Source: Chrysomallon squamiferum (Eukaryota; Animalia; Mollusca). Taken from it: a DNA stretch of 64,000 bases. A model generated the notes under the pieces. The model was not told the DNA's origin and made no database searches. It was given only the letters and a program-made list of their open reading frames with translations. Location of the stretch: the NCBI GenBank assembly GCA_012295275.1, contig CM022678.1, positions 13,826,001-13,890,000 of the forward strand, given 5' to 3'. A program made the translations under genes and the position numbers. Within the stretch, counting starts at the first letter, position 1; every line of letters begins with the position of its first letter. Below, one piece after another: positions 1 through 26,725 of the stretch.

Positions 1-249
1 GATAAATATATGATAAATAAATAAATAAATAAATAAAATTAAGATTAGAATAAAGAAATGAACAAATGTAATGATTAACCTCTTGGTATTACACAGCTAC
101 TAAATTACTACAAATACTACATTAAAAGCATACTTAATATAATTTATGTTCTAAAACACACAAAACTTTAATTAACTTAAAACAGGTAAATTTGAGTGAA
201 AACTCGATGCGACTTATATCTGATTCAAGAAAAAAGAAATCTGACTTAC

Positions 250-11817
<11,568 letters not shown>

Positions 11818-12120
11818 CAGTCAGTTGTAAGCAAATATTTATATATATCTAATTATTTAAATCCTCAAAATGACCCCAAATGCATCGAACAACGTTATGA
11901 CAAGGTCTGCAAAAACCCCACCAAAAATAAACAATAAAAACAATGTAAAACAATAAATAATAATTTAAATTAAAAACCTTTGAGACAAAAAGAGAAAAGA
12001 AGAAAACATTTTCTTAGATTCGGTGGCGTTTATGATGTTTTTCAGCAGAAAGGTATCGACTAATCTCACCTCGCCTTGTCACGTCGTATTCTGAAACGTA
12101 TCAACGCCGTCGTTCACTGA
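11818..12120 (-). other. Probable 5' UTR of the PHM-like gene (untranslated part of the ATG exon, 11906-11818, plus an upstream non-coding exon ending at 12070)
   Basis: Acceptor TTTTTGCAG before 11906; donor CGAG|GTGAG after 12070; Inr-like TCAGT at 12116-12120 on the minus strand; CpG-rich. Confidence 0.45.
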
Positions 12121-12220
12121 AATAATCCCGCCACGCTGTCAGTCAAATCTCCTGTCTGTGCATTGGTCAATAGTCTTTCTTTTATACATCTTTATAAACA
12201 TAATGTACAGCAGTCAGCGC

Positions 12221-12300
<80 letters not shown>

Positions 12301-12628
12301 TGTGACTATGAGTTTAATACAGACAGCAATTCATTAACAGAACAAACTACATAAAAATATATATATATAAAACATAACTAATTAAATCTTCAGGAATTAT
12401 GTGTATTTCCTGAGTTTTTCAAGGTTTATATAAAATTCCTGCAACATGTGTGTGTGTATGTGTGTGTGTGTGTTTGTGTGTTTATAATATATATATATAT
12501 ATATTTATGTATGTATGTATGCACGGATACTGACCGTTCCTGTCATATACACTGATACACATGTGCGTGTTTGTGTGGGAGGTGTATATGTATATAATGT
12601 AATGTAATGTGAGTGTCTATATGTGTTT

Positions 12629-12698
<70 letters not shown>

Positions 12699-13151
12699 AA
12701 GTCAACAACAGGTGACAGTTTAGTTTAGTTTTTGTTTATACGCTGTACTTGGGTCAACAGGTTCGCTAATAATTATTTGATTCTGGAATCTTTTGTACGA
12801 TTACTGTATACCAACCTAAAACCCACTTCTGAGTCTTTAACAGAATAGAGATTTCTGTTTTTGTGAAACCGTAGTGATACTGAGATGTTCGATGATGATG
12901 ATACAAAACTGGTTTGCAAAAGCCATTGAGGAAAAAAATATTTTTGGTTTAGAGATAGAGGTAGATTCGAATAACTTGCTGGAACAAAGTAATAATCAAA
13001 AATTATAATAATATGATGATGATATCGATGATCACAACAACAACAACGACAACAACGATAGTAGTAATAATATTGATACTGGTTTCGCTTTTGTGACTCA
13101 AACAGAACAGTATAAAGAAAGACCGTCATATTGTGATCATTCTTCAGCTAA

Positions 13152-13182
<31 letters not shown>

Positions 13183-16100
13183 ATAATAATAATAACAACA
13201 ATAATAATAAACAAATAAACAAATAAACACTTAAATAAATAAATAAAAATAAAAAATAGAAATAAACTAAATACAATATAATTATAAGTAAGTAAACAAA
13301 AGAGAAACAAAGAGAACACAGGAATAAAGAAGACGTCGAACCAAAGACGAATTCATTACATTTGCTACTACTATAACAACAACAATCACCACTACTACTA
13401 ATACTACTGTTATTACTACGCCACTACTACTATTACAACTATTTAATACGATATTTAAACAGAACCAAAGTTTGTTCAAATGTGCTTTACAATGAAAAAG
13501 TAATAGAATAAAAGGAAAAGACTGGAAATAACATACTAAAATGAATGTAAAAAATAAAAATAAAATAAAATAAATAAATAAATAAATGTGGAAACAAATT
13601 TACTACACAAATAATGGAATAGGTCTTAAAATATTATTTAAAATGACGAACAGACTAAATTGAACGATTAAAACTGCTGGAATTATCAGCATTTATATAA
13701 TTAGAACGCAGTGTTGCTGGAGAGTTAGTTGTTTAACAGTTCTGTACAGTTCTACCTGCTCTTTCCACGCGTATCCTTCATTTACTCTGGGTACGACCGT
13801 TCAGCATTTTAAGATCGTACTTGTCAAATGTTAATATTAAATAAAACAATTATTAATTGATCAAGGTCATTCATTCATTCAGTCTCGAGTCTGTCTTACA
13901 AAATGCCATTCACTGACCAAATTTCATTATGTTCTTACTAATTTACTGTTTATATAGTTTATGAATAATCATCATTTGTTAGCTGATTCTACGTTTATTA
14001 TCTTCTAATACTTTAATAACTCGGATATTCAAAACAGAGTTTCAATGAAAGTAATCATGTTTCTGTTTATTCTTTTATGTTTAATAATTAAAGAAGTAAT
14101 ATCATGATATGTTGGTTATATTATAATTTTCTTTATGAACATCACCATCACTCATTAATTAATTTATTGTTCATTCTATAGTAACTGATAATAATCATGT
14201 AATAAAGACAACATTACCAGTCCTTCATTTAGCTTTATTCTTAATTGCATTTTTTGGGGGGGTTTAACTTCAAAGTTTTTATCATTTTCTTATTAATTTG
14301 AAATCCGCTCAAAGCTAATGTTTACTGACTTTAACGTATTAAGAGATAATAAAAAACATAATTCCCTTTTTAAACTTCTTTTCTAATCTTCTATTTCTCT
14401 TTTAGTTTGAGAAATGTGAATCTTCCATTAAGAGTGGCTTTTTTTTTTATCCGAATGCGCATTTGTTGTAAAAGATTACGGGTGGGGGGAAATGTGAGTT
14501 TTGTTTCTTTTTAAATGTTCTTTTGATTAGAATGCACATTATTTAAAGATATTTCCTAGAACAAAATACTTCTTTTCCTTTTTTTTATAATTTGTTTTTC
14601 TATGTCTTTACTAATCTTCTTTCTTTCTGTGCACGTAGAAAACCTTTGCCAATCAAAAGAAGTATAATAATATATTTTCTTAATTAATGAATGTTATTTG
14701 ACCTAACAAAACTGTTTTCCTCTTATTGTTCCATCTTTTTCGTATTTGACACTTTACGTTTCTTGCTCAGCAGAACTTTATCAAAGACGAGACAAAAAAT
14801 GCTATTTCTCTCCTTCTCTTAACGAAAACCTTTAACGTTTGTTGTGGAATAAATTTTTAAAAATAGTTATTTCTTCGTGTCAAAATTATAATTGAACTAA
14901 TTAAGAAATATGGAATAGTCCGTGCTGGATTCAGTACCTAACGTATACTGTTTTTTCATGGAAATTGATACAGTATATGTTGGTTCGCACAACATAATGA
15001 AGTAAAAAAATGGGCGATGATTACAGTTGATAACAAAAAAAGAAAGAAAAAGAAATGATCTGACATTGTTGTCAGTAACTCTACAGTTAGTAAAATAACT
15101 TATTACACAGTATGCTATGTATTCGGGTAAATAAATAAATAAAGAAGTTATTGGTATTAGGATAGGGAAACTGGGGACCGATGAGCCATTTTTAAGATAT
15201 TTGGCCATTTCGTACAAACCTTGATGCTTATGGAGACATTACTGCTCTCAGTTACAATTATAGAGTCTTGAACAACATCGTTATGGGAGAAATTTATATA
15301 ACAGAATGGCTCGTCGCGCACCAGAGTCAGGTACGACTGAACTACCCAACAGGGTCCTAAGGGCAATGATCTCAAACCGTGAAATTAATTAGAAACAATA
15401 CACAAGTAAATCCTTTTTTTTTAAATTCCTGTGAGATGCACATAGTGCAATAAATTAAGGAGTGAATTAAATTTTCAACAAACTGATCTGAGTCTAGAGC
15501 ATATCGTGCTATTTACTCAGTGTCATGGTTTCAATGTAGTTTCAAGCGTCCAAACCAATGCTGAATCTTATTCAAGATTGAACCCATCAAAACTGCCACT
15601 GAATTGTATGATTCCTTTCTGCCTTTTGATAGTTTGCAATAACCGGTTTAGCAAGGACACCCAAAATCAAAATTTGCCTCAACTGGGCGTATTGCTTCCT
15701 AGACAGGTTCCTATATAAATTAAACATGCTGTGCGAACCAAGAGATACTGTATCTGTTCCCACGAGCTAATACCAGTCTACTTTAGATACTGAGTCCAGC
15801 TGAGTGAATTAAATATAATTATTATGTAATTCTAAATCATTTCAATTATAATTTTTTTTTTCGTTTATCTTTTTAAGTGTAAACCTTTCACTAAATGGGG
15901 GGGAGGCATTAAATCAGAGAAAAGAACTTGATAAAGTTAGTTGATTAATATTTACATCCGAATAAAGCGTTTCTTTTATGTTTCATCTGTGTTTATATTT
16001 TCAAAAATCTTCCTTTCCGATATAGAAAAGGTTTACCGTAAAAAAAATAAAAAATGGAAGAAAGAAACCTTGTGACTTAAGGTGGAGGTAACATGATTAC

Positions 16101-16496
16101 ATAAAGTAGGCCTACCTAAAATATTACGGATTTTATAAATACAGATGTCCGACGTGGTCGATGACTAATAACAGTATATTTGACATCTCTGTTACGAAGA
16201 ATATATATATATAATGATATAAATTGTTTAAAAAGAACAACAACAAAACCTAATTTCATTTGAAAATCCCTTCTAAGAAAAGGAAAAAGGTCAAGTAAAA
16301 TCAAATTTGAAATTTTATTGATTTTCTCTTTTTCCTTTAAATGATTTAAATCCTGATATGATATTGTACATTGTTATCGTTAAGTCTGCTATAACTATGT
16401 TTAGTTATTCGCATAGTAATACAGAAATAGAACTTTAAATATATACACTGACTAAACATGTCTACCGATATTTGAATGAAAGCCAATATTTTTTAG

Positions 16497-16595
<99 letters not shown>

Positions 16596-17838
16596 TTACC
16601 CTATGAAAATGTGCTCAATTTCAGAAATTAACATGGAACCAATATACGCTAAAATAAATTGATTTATATGGTCCATAACAATTCTTTCGTGTTGAAAAAT
16701 ATCAGGTTAAATCTGAAAACGTATCTTGCGTGAAAAAGTAATTAAACATGTGTAAAACAAAATTTGCAGTGAATATAAACCAATGTGGTGTCGGCTAATC
16801 TTGCTACCTGTTCAATTAATTGTACTCACATAGTTTGTTATCGACAATGGTATGAACATAATATTTGTGTACTAGAAAAAAGTATAAAAACAGAATAATG
16901 GTTTACGGCAAACATAATGCTATTTAAAATCTAAAAAAAATAAAAAAAATTAATAAAATAATAATAATTATTATTTTTATTATCTCATCAAATGACTACT
17001 TTTAGACAAAGCTTTTCTCTGTTTTCAGAAATTTATATTTTTAAACATCTAGCAAATTTTTCGGCATTGTTTCCATAAACAGTCTTCATCTTCACTTTTC
17101 ATCATAATCTAAGGTTTGTTGAGGAGGTTCTCATAGTCGAAATCCCAAATTGTAGAAGAGGAGGACGAGTGTTCCTCTGTCCAGACTACACTGTGTTGTA
17201 AAAGTGATTATTATAAACCTGGTCTCCAAGCACAGAAAATGACTGAAATTTCAAACATTACGCTTCGATCTTGATAGTGAAACTAATTCCTCTTATTTCA
17301 TTAACAAAATTGAAACGGACCATGATGCCAGTTTTTTGCTTTGCTGAGAAAACGTGTTAATAAATCAATATGATTATCAAAATTTCTATGGCAACAACCT
17401 AAACTGATCAATCAGTGACGGGTGAAACAACCAGGAGAAAGAATAACATTTAAAAAGTAGAGATTACGCTAACAGCTATCACTTTTCAAGAATACTTATT
17501 ATATATTTTTTACTTGATTTTATATTTGTTTTTGTTGTAATGATATAACAGAAAGCTTTCAATCATCATTCGAAGTTAATGAAATTATCTTATATGTACT
17601 TTTCCACAGACAAAAAGTCCAATACATCATTGATCATAAACGATAACGAATAGTTCGGCACCAGTATAAGTCACGTACTTACACAGCATGTTTCTAAATT
17701 TAATGAATAATGTATAATTTACAATTTGCTGTTTCATTTATTTTTTAAAACAGTCTTTGTTTTACCTGAGTAAAATTGAGACAAAGACACACACGCTTTC
17801 TACAATTAAAGAAAGGGACTAAAACTACGTCAGATATG

Positions 17839-17877
<39 letters not shown>

Positions 17878-20405
17878 TATTAATTAATTAACTAAAATTG
17901 TAACTGTAAACACCTTAAATGAATGTATGTGTATTAAATACATCTTAATTTCTTTACTTATGACAGTAATTAACAGTTGAATAATTGTAAGTTATTAAAT
18001 AATAGTACATTCTAACTGCGTTTTCAACCAGTCATCTTCACATTTAAGCATTCTTCATTTGTCTCAGGCAAGATACCCATCTGACAGTATTAAAAATTGA
18101 AAAAATAAAAAATTATCTTTCTATGTATTTTGTAATTAAATAATTAAAATGTCTTGTTAAATATACATAGTCGGAAAGTGTATTAAGATGTGAAAGTTTA
18201 CAGATGTATCTATATGTCTCTCATAAATCAGCAGATCGGTGTCAAAACAACAATGTACAAACGAAATTGGCATTAATCATTCACTGTTAATTACTTTACA
18301 AAAGTATTTCGTAAATACAACCAAAATCAGTTTGAATCTTTCAAATAAAAATTTGCTTATTTCTTAAAAAAGCAGTTTTTGTATTTTAACCAGACACTGC
18401 ATCCAGAAGCAGATGTCCCAGGTGTTCTCTGGTGGTTAGGTGACATGTGTGGCCTTATTTCGCAGGCTTAATTTAATGTTTTTTTCGAAGGAGTGCAGTC
18501 ATAACGATACCCTAGTCAAATATCAGGTATTTGCATTCCGTACAGCTGGCCCCCAGCTTGTAAAACATAATTATTATTATTTATTTATTTATTTAATTTT
18601 TTTACATTTCACATCGAACTAAATTTTGTATTCTTTTTTTTCCACGTGATATGTCTTTACAGCAAGTGGTTTAGGAGTGAAAATTTCAGTAAATATACGA
18701 AACTGTATTTAGTTTTTATCTTTGTATTTAAAACATTGACAATACATTTTATTTGTTTATTATTTTTTTCATCTATTAATCAAATTTGTGAACTGGATGT
18801 GGTATGGTCGCAGGTGTTAATTTACAATCGGTCGACGGAGGTATCGTCTGAATAAACTAACAGAAGTTATTTTTTATTTTATAGTTATATTTTTTTTTAA
18901 CGATACCTTTCATTCAAATAAGCAGCGTTAGCACTATAGAGATTTTTGCTGCCTTTTTAAACCTGATCCGTACTCTATTTTAGAAGACACCTTTTCAGCC
19001 TGATGTAATTCGGTGATAAACAATTTTTCTCAGATTTAGGGTGTTATTCACTGAGAATTATATAGGATAAGCAAAGTAAAGTGAGTAAAATCGGATTAAT
19101 TCTGGATATATCCTTTGATACATTGTTTGTATTAAAATATTTTAACGCTTTCTAAATAAATACTACAAATGCATCGTAAGGCAGTTTAATGACACAAAGA
19201 AAATAATTTTTGAGATAGAAGAGTGAGAGAGATAAAATTAGACACAAAAATGGATAGGTACTTAAACAGATAGGTGGGTGAATATAAAGATAGATAGATA
19301 GAGAGAAGCAGACAGACAGGAAGAAAGGTTGGTATTAATAAAGAAAAGACTTTTTTTTTTGCTTTCAATTTTTCTTTTAATACCTTTTTCTCCGGATTAT
19401 ATAATATATATTTCGATGTTTTCTAACTGAGGTTTGATGAAGGCAATTTTCTCGCGGCATGGTGTATGTTCAGAATCATTTATTCACGTGAACTTTGGAA
19501 TTACTTTAAGATGTATGCATCTTTAACATTAATGGAAATAAATGCATGCTATTTTGAACACGAGCAGGAGAAGTAATAACCAGCATTTTCTACAAAATAA
19601 ACAAATTATTTGTATTTCAGGTTCATTCAAAAATGTGTACGTGAAATTTGCATAAACGACAGATTTTTTCATAATTAAACATCGAACATATCGCTGTAAA
19701 TATCTCATGATGAATCGTAACAGATGGAAATAAAAGTAAAAAATATGTATAAAGCTGTAGTTAATTTTAAAAGATTTTTCATAACCATGTATTAAAGACA
19801 GTGAGATTTATTATTCAAAGAGCAGATATCAACAAGCAGTGATATCAAAATTTAATGACGTTTTACGACATTAGGAACAAAAATCCTAAATGTCCTTGTT
19901 TGATGTACAATGTTAAATCTATGTTTTACTTTTGGACAGCTTAAAAAGTAATTTGGTTTCATGTTTGTTTTTGATTAACAAAAGGGCATAATTGGTTCGA
20001 CTGCATAACTGATTCAAAATTTTAGAAATTAAGAAATTATTTGATCACTATGTTAGCCAACAGTACGGCGGTGGGTAGATCTCAGGAAAATTATTTGGTA
20101 ACAAAGGAAAATGTGAACTCTCTCTTTACACGGTTAATTGCGGTACTTCCAGTGGATCCTAAATGTGAGAGTGATATCGATTCATTTGAAAACAAAACAA
20201 GTCTGAAAACACTATCACTTCGTTATGTTCCAGTCACTGTTCATTCTCCATCCTACTTCCTGTAGAGCTGGCGCGCTTTCTTTCACTCGCCAGTCAAGTT
20301 ACTCTTTGTTGTGCTTAAAATAAGTAAAACTCGAGTTAATTGGGAAAAATAGGATTTTTAGTAAAGAAAGACCAGCTATTTGCAGTTCTACCTGTATTTT
20401 ATTTT

Positions 20406-20445
<40 letters not shown>

Positions 20446-20703
20446 TTAATTTATTTTTTGCTCTTTGTGTTTATATATCATGGCGGGTTCTCCAGAAATG
20501 AGAAGCGTGAATATTTACAGTTAGAAAATAGAATAACTATTTGGTTATAGATAGCACGCTGTCCAAATCACTGAACACCACTGCAATGGTACTTTTTAGG
20601 GGGTGTATGGGATATCTGTGGGCCAGGTGGGGACATTTTTCACTAAAGAAGGCTACATGGACCCACTCAAAAAAGAAATTGGAAGCTACGACATTGTTGT
20701 TGC

Positions 20704-20751
<48 letters not shown>

Positions 20752-23700
20752 TATTTAAAAAAAAAAAATTTGTGACTGCCCCCTCCCATTTGCATCGTTC
20801 GTGTACTTGAATCTTTCAGACTTGTTTTCAGTTCTGGACCAGTCATTACCATCTGCAAGTTTATATATAGGTAGGTAGATAAACAGACACTGAAAGGACA
20901 TACACTACAGTTTGTTACAATTCTAGTTTGTTCTTGAGAGACATTGTCATAACTAGATGAATTTGATAGAACATTGTGTAATAGAACACTTGGTCCACGA
21001 ATGAAATTAAAATAATGGAGTATATCTACATTTCAAACTTAATATTCCGAATGGCTATTTTCATTTTCATAATTGTATAGTTTGCAGTTCTTTGTAACAT
21101 ATAGCTACTAACAGGATTAGTAAATATTTTTTAAGATTAAAGGTTCGTTGTTAAGTTGAGATTATTATTCCACTGCTTCAACCAATGATTTTCATCTTGC
21201 ATTTATTGACTGAATTAGTGTTGTTGTATTATTATAATAATTATTATTCATAAATTCTTCATAAATATACAATTTTATTTATATTTTATGTTTTGATACA
21301 TGATGAAAATTAATAAGTCTGATATCTAAATATTGTTATTTTATAAATGTTAAACATTTGTGATAATATATTAAATATTTAATTTTATATTCTGAATAAA
21401 TAACCTTGAAAAGAATTGATTTAAGCATAACAAAAATTTTGACTCTATCTTGTTAGCAGCTATGAATTACAGAATCTGCATATAGCCTGTTGTGCTTAAA
21501 GAAAGGTGCAGGCTAAATGCTGGGCTCTTATCAAGGCTGAAGCCAGAGTATTTTGCATTAACTATTTGCATGTCATCTACTTGTTAAAAATTAAAAAAAA
21601 AAACATATTTGAAGAAATGCTGTAGTGCCAGCCCAACTTTTATATAAAATGCTAGATAAAATATCTGTATTACAAGTATTACTAATATTACAGCTTCAGT
21701 TGCTTCTGCTACTATTACTAAACTGTATATACATAGCTAGTATTGTAATGCTAAAAGACTTCTTAAAAATAAAATTTTGGTATTCACAAGTAATGACTTA
21801 AAATTATGAAATAATTCTTAAAAATACACATTTGGCAAATAAAAATAATAAAAATAAATATATAAAAAATAAAATTAAAAAATTCAGAAGATAAGTTCAG
21901 TTTTAATATTTATTATCAAATAAACATTCAAATATCAAAAAAGCAATAGAAAATTCTTCAGTCATGGAATTAACAGCCAAAGTTATTTACTGGCCTCTTC
22001 TGTTTTAAGTTAGTAATTTTATAGCATTCCTGTGTACAGATATAATAATAAAAAATGTATTATCTTGAATTCTTTTTGAAGACATTATTAATTACTTTAT
22101 GATTATTATAAATAAGAAACTGTTTTGATGGTACCCTATGAATGGACAGTTGCCACAAAGATATGAAATGGCAGAAAAAAGTCCATTTTATTTTAATTAT
22201 TTTTTTTCCCCTTTTACCAAATTTTCATCATAGTTAAAACTATTTTGTCCATTTGTTTATTTCTGTTGAATGTTACATATTAAAAATGCAGAAGAGAGAG
22301 AGAGAGAAAAAAATTAAAATTAAAATTAAATCAAATAAAAATATAACTATTGGATATAAACATCTGATATGTCCAGATGCACCATGAATACACAACCTTA
22401 GGAACGATATTTTGTTTACATTTCACCTGAATGTTTGTGTAATGGACCTTACCATCTTACCAATGTATCAAACTAGGTTTCTTAATGCTCCAAGCTCAAA
22501 ACATTTTAGCAGACATTGTAAATATTACTCAAGGTCATCATTTGAAATATAAAATTCTTTGCTTTTAGTGAATAGTGTTCTGAATTCACAGATCATAGGC
22601 TCTCATTTTCTGTAATGATGGTGTGGGTGAGAGTGATATTTCAAACTTGTTATATTAACCTGAAGCTTTGATCAGCTAGAAATAAGAAATTGTTAAAAAA
22701 AATATTCTTTTTTAATATTGCATATAATTCAAAGTTGATTTAAAAAAAAAAAAAAATCTAGTAATGGCTAAATGTATAATTATGAAAACAAATTTGTACA
22801 GTTTGAAGGAGCCATGGAAACAGTTAAGTGTTTATAAGGTAGCAGTTATTATTTTAATTCCATTCACAGATTGAGTATTTACATTGCACAACATTCCATC
22901 AAATGGATCTGTAGTAATGACAACACCTTTCTTAAAATAAAAAAATAATCTAGAAACAATCCAAATATTATTTCTTATATTTCTTATTTTATTGCTTTGT
23001 ACACAATTTACTTACAAGTGAAACTGAAAACAAAGTTAAAATCTTTTTTTATTTTTTCACATATAATACAGGATATATGATAAAAATTTCAGAAGAATAA
23101 TAATTTAATACAAGGTGAAAAGGCTAAAAATCTTTATTTTAAAAAATCCCACGTTGACTAATTAATTATTATTTTTTAATTATTAAAAAGAAATATTCTG
23201 CCAGACAAACAACAAAATATAACATAAAACTTTATATTTTCTTTAGTGCTATAAATTTATAACAGACAAAATTATTATAAAATTATTATTTTAAATATTT
23301 ACTCACTAAATACATTGTACTTCATTAAAATTTACACTCTATTGTATAATTAAAGTTTTTGTTTAAATATGATGGACATTGAGTTTGAAGTATGTGGCTG
23401 TAAAAATTTTGTTTTGTTTGTTGTTTTTTATTTTATGTTTATATTAACTTTAATATAATATAAGTTATTTCAGTACCACAAACAACCATTTTTAATTAGT
23501 GCGGTATAATGACATTCAATCAAATAGTATTAAACAACTGTTCATAAACAGGTTTACTGGTAAATACAGTAGAACAAAAATAATGCATAATCCAAAATAA
23601 TTTATATTTCAGTATTTTAATACTGAATTTTGAATAATTTATGATATTAAACAAATTATGTGAAAATGATTTTACAAATTTAAGCATATGTCCACTAATA

Positions 23701-24019
23701 AGAGGAATGTCAATCTAAGGAGGTCAACGCTTAGTTTGTGAAAGTGAAAATGTAACACTTCTCCATTTAACTGCTAATCCACAAATTAACAGAATTCACA
23801 TGCATCCACAGAAATAGTAACGAACAAGGAAATTTTTAAAACATAAACTGAAACAAAATGAGCTAAAAGATTTGAAAGATTATGTTGCTTTTTTGTTAAA
23901 TATCACAGATCATATTTAAATTCCATGAAAAAGACTGAACCAAACTATAAAATTTGAACAAATATATGTGATTATGTTGTATCAACAGCTTTTTCTAAAA
24001 ATAGATTTCTCTTTATAAT

Positions 24020-25606
24020 TTATTTCTTTGGTGCAATGATCCCTTCTAGCTGAGTCTGAAAAAGAAAAGAAAAAATCATTAAAAACTAGCCATGATAGAT
24101 AAAATATTAATAATGTTCCTAACTACTAATAAATGAAAATGTATAAAATACTTACAAATAAATTATTAATAAATATAGTTATTCAAAATACCAGGGAAGA
24201 AATAAAAATCTATAAAATAGATAAATACCTATATGGTAATAGCATAATGTTTAATAAACAAAATATTTTTTGAAGTAATATATATATATATATATATATG
24301 TACCACATATACATATATTGCAAGCAACAATATGCAAAATACACAAACATTCTCTTACCACTCTTGTATTTTCATAGAATCCAATAATTCCAAAACTTGT
24401 TTTTACAAAACTATATTAGGTATTTATATTTTATAAAATAATTTAATAGCAAATGATACATCCAGATTATAATTGCAATTGTAATTAATTGCTAACCTGA
24501 CTATTTATGCAAATAATAGCAACACTGGTGATTTATTACAAAGTTTGGTTAATGTAAATAACACAATGCAAATATCTAATATCATTTATGTTAAACAATT
24601 TAAGCTTTTGTACCTATGACAGATTTGACTATTTTAGAAAAATAATAATAATAAATAATTAAATGAATTAATATGGACTATTATAAATACTAAAATGTGC
24701 AAATCCAATCTTTCAGAATTCATAACAAAAATTCATTTTCTTAATGTTTTGTGAAAACAAAAATAAAATAATAATAATAAATTAAAAGTATAAAAAAATG
24801 AAAGTTTTTACAAATTTGGTAACCATTCAGACAATTTGTAATAATGACATGATTGAAAATAATCCCTAAGTAAAATAAGTTCTGATTCTGTACTGAACTG
24901 TTGTATTTTGACAACAGCTATTAAATATCTGGTACATGACTAATACAACATATTTATGATATAGAGAGAAAAAGTTATATTCACGGAAACAAAACAAAAA
25001 AAGAGAAAAGTATAAATAATGATTAAATAAGAAGATCCAAAGTTATGCAAGGAGAGCAAATGATACCTATTTTTATTAACTGATATATTCTTATTCTTCT
25101 TCTTGAAAGTTATGTTCCTTCGCATACATTTAAAAATTATATAAATTTATAAAACCCTTTCAAAAAATTTAGGAGATAAAAAATACAGACTTTTTTAACA
25201 CTGAGGATTTTGCTTTGTTTTCTTTTTTGTGTCTGGGATGTTTCTTTTATTTTAGTTTTGTGGAAGTGAATTATATTATATTTAAAAAAAAAAAAAAAAA
25301 TTACATTATATTGTCTGTTTACCAGAACTTTAATTATAATAACAGCAATTTTCTATCTTGCTGTTATGTATTGTCCATCTTTTGATTTTTGGTGATCAGA
25401 ATGATAGACACTGAAATACAATGACAAGCTTCAAACCAGTGTAATTTTAAAACATTTGAAATAATGTGACCAATAATGTTTTGCTGTAGTACACCATGCT
25501 TGCTTCATTCAGAAATAAAATGTGCTTGAAACCATACATGTGACAACTACTGATAGCAAGTTTTTAAAACATTGATAGGCCATGTCAAACAAAATCTATT
25601 TAACCA

Positions 25607-25649
<43 letters not shown>

Positions 25650-26669
25650 GCAAAAAGAAGAAAGAAAAATAAATAAATCATAAGAACAAGAAAAATAAGA
25701 AAAAATCTATAAATTGTATATAATTGCTATCATTTACTGACTTTCCTAATTAATAGTCAATAAGAGAATTTTATACATGACTGCAATCTGTGAAAACTAA
25801 TATTCTGAAGAATCACACAGAATGTAATTGCATCTTAGGTGAGAAGAAGCCAAAAAAACCACTAACAAGTCATAATTAAAAAAATGTTTGAATGTTAGAT
25901 GCAAATTTCAGAACATGACAGTAAATAAGATTAATCTGCATGCTCATCTGATTTTTATAGTAAACCAAAAATACCCAGTTATCATGACTTGGTTCCATTA
26001 TAACCTGACAATGAAAAATGCAGTGGAAGGGAAAGAAAAATGAAAGAGTTTAATTAAGAAACAAATAAAAAAAAAAAAAAAAAAATCATATTTATATAAA
26101 CATTAATATGCATTTAAATATATTATCACATTAAACAAATATATCAATAAAAACACGTTAGACATCTAGGAATATAAACACAAACCGTATTTATCATCAC
26201 TGAAGTAAGAAATATGTTTTTATAAGATTAAAAAATTAAATATTACTTATCATGAGACTAAAATAAAATAAAAATGTTCCTATTTTATGCATAATTCACA
26301 GCCATTCCCAGAAATTCTTTACACACACTTTGTTATCTTCTTTTCTTTTTTCAAGTATTTAATCATGGTCATTGCAGTTGTAAGATAATACTTTGCTGTA
26401 AAACATTGACATATATAATAATAACCTTTCACATCAGATCATGTACTGTACAAATAATTAGCCAAACAGCTGGGGTTTGACAATGACCTACACAATGCTA
26501 AGAGAGTGAAAACCAAGAACAGATAAATGAAAAAAAATAGATATTCCATGGTCTGTGAAAACATAATAATTAGTAACATTTACAAAACCTGGCAAAGTTC
26601 ATCATGTATCTTTAGAAGGAAGGAAGGGAAAAAAGAAAATACATCAAATTAAAAACTGCAGTAATAACA

Positions 26670-26725
<56 letters not shown>

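Noticed and set aside
13771-13779. GTATCCTT, a U12-type donor-like sequence
   Set aside because: No associated exon chain or U12 branch site; an 8-mer is expected by chance in this length of sequence.
15165-15330. Degenerate inverted repeat pair (GATGAGCCATT / AATGGCTCGTC)
   Set aside because: Too short and degenerate to call a MITE with confidence.
18529-21571. Four same-strand octamer motifs (ATTTGCAT)
   Set aside because: The motif is also scattered across the rest of this AT-rich window, and no snRNA gene was seen nearby.
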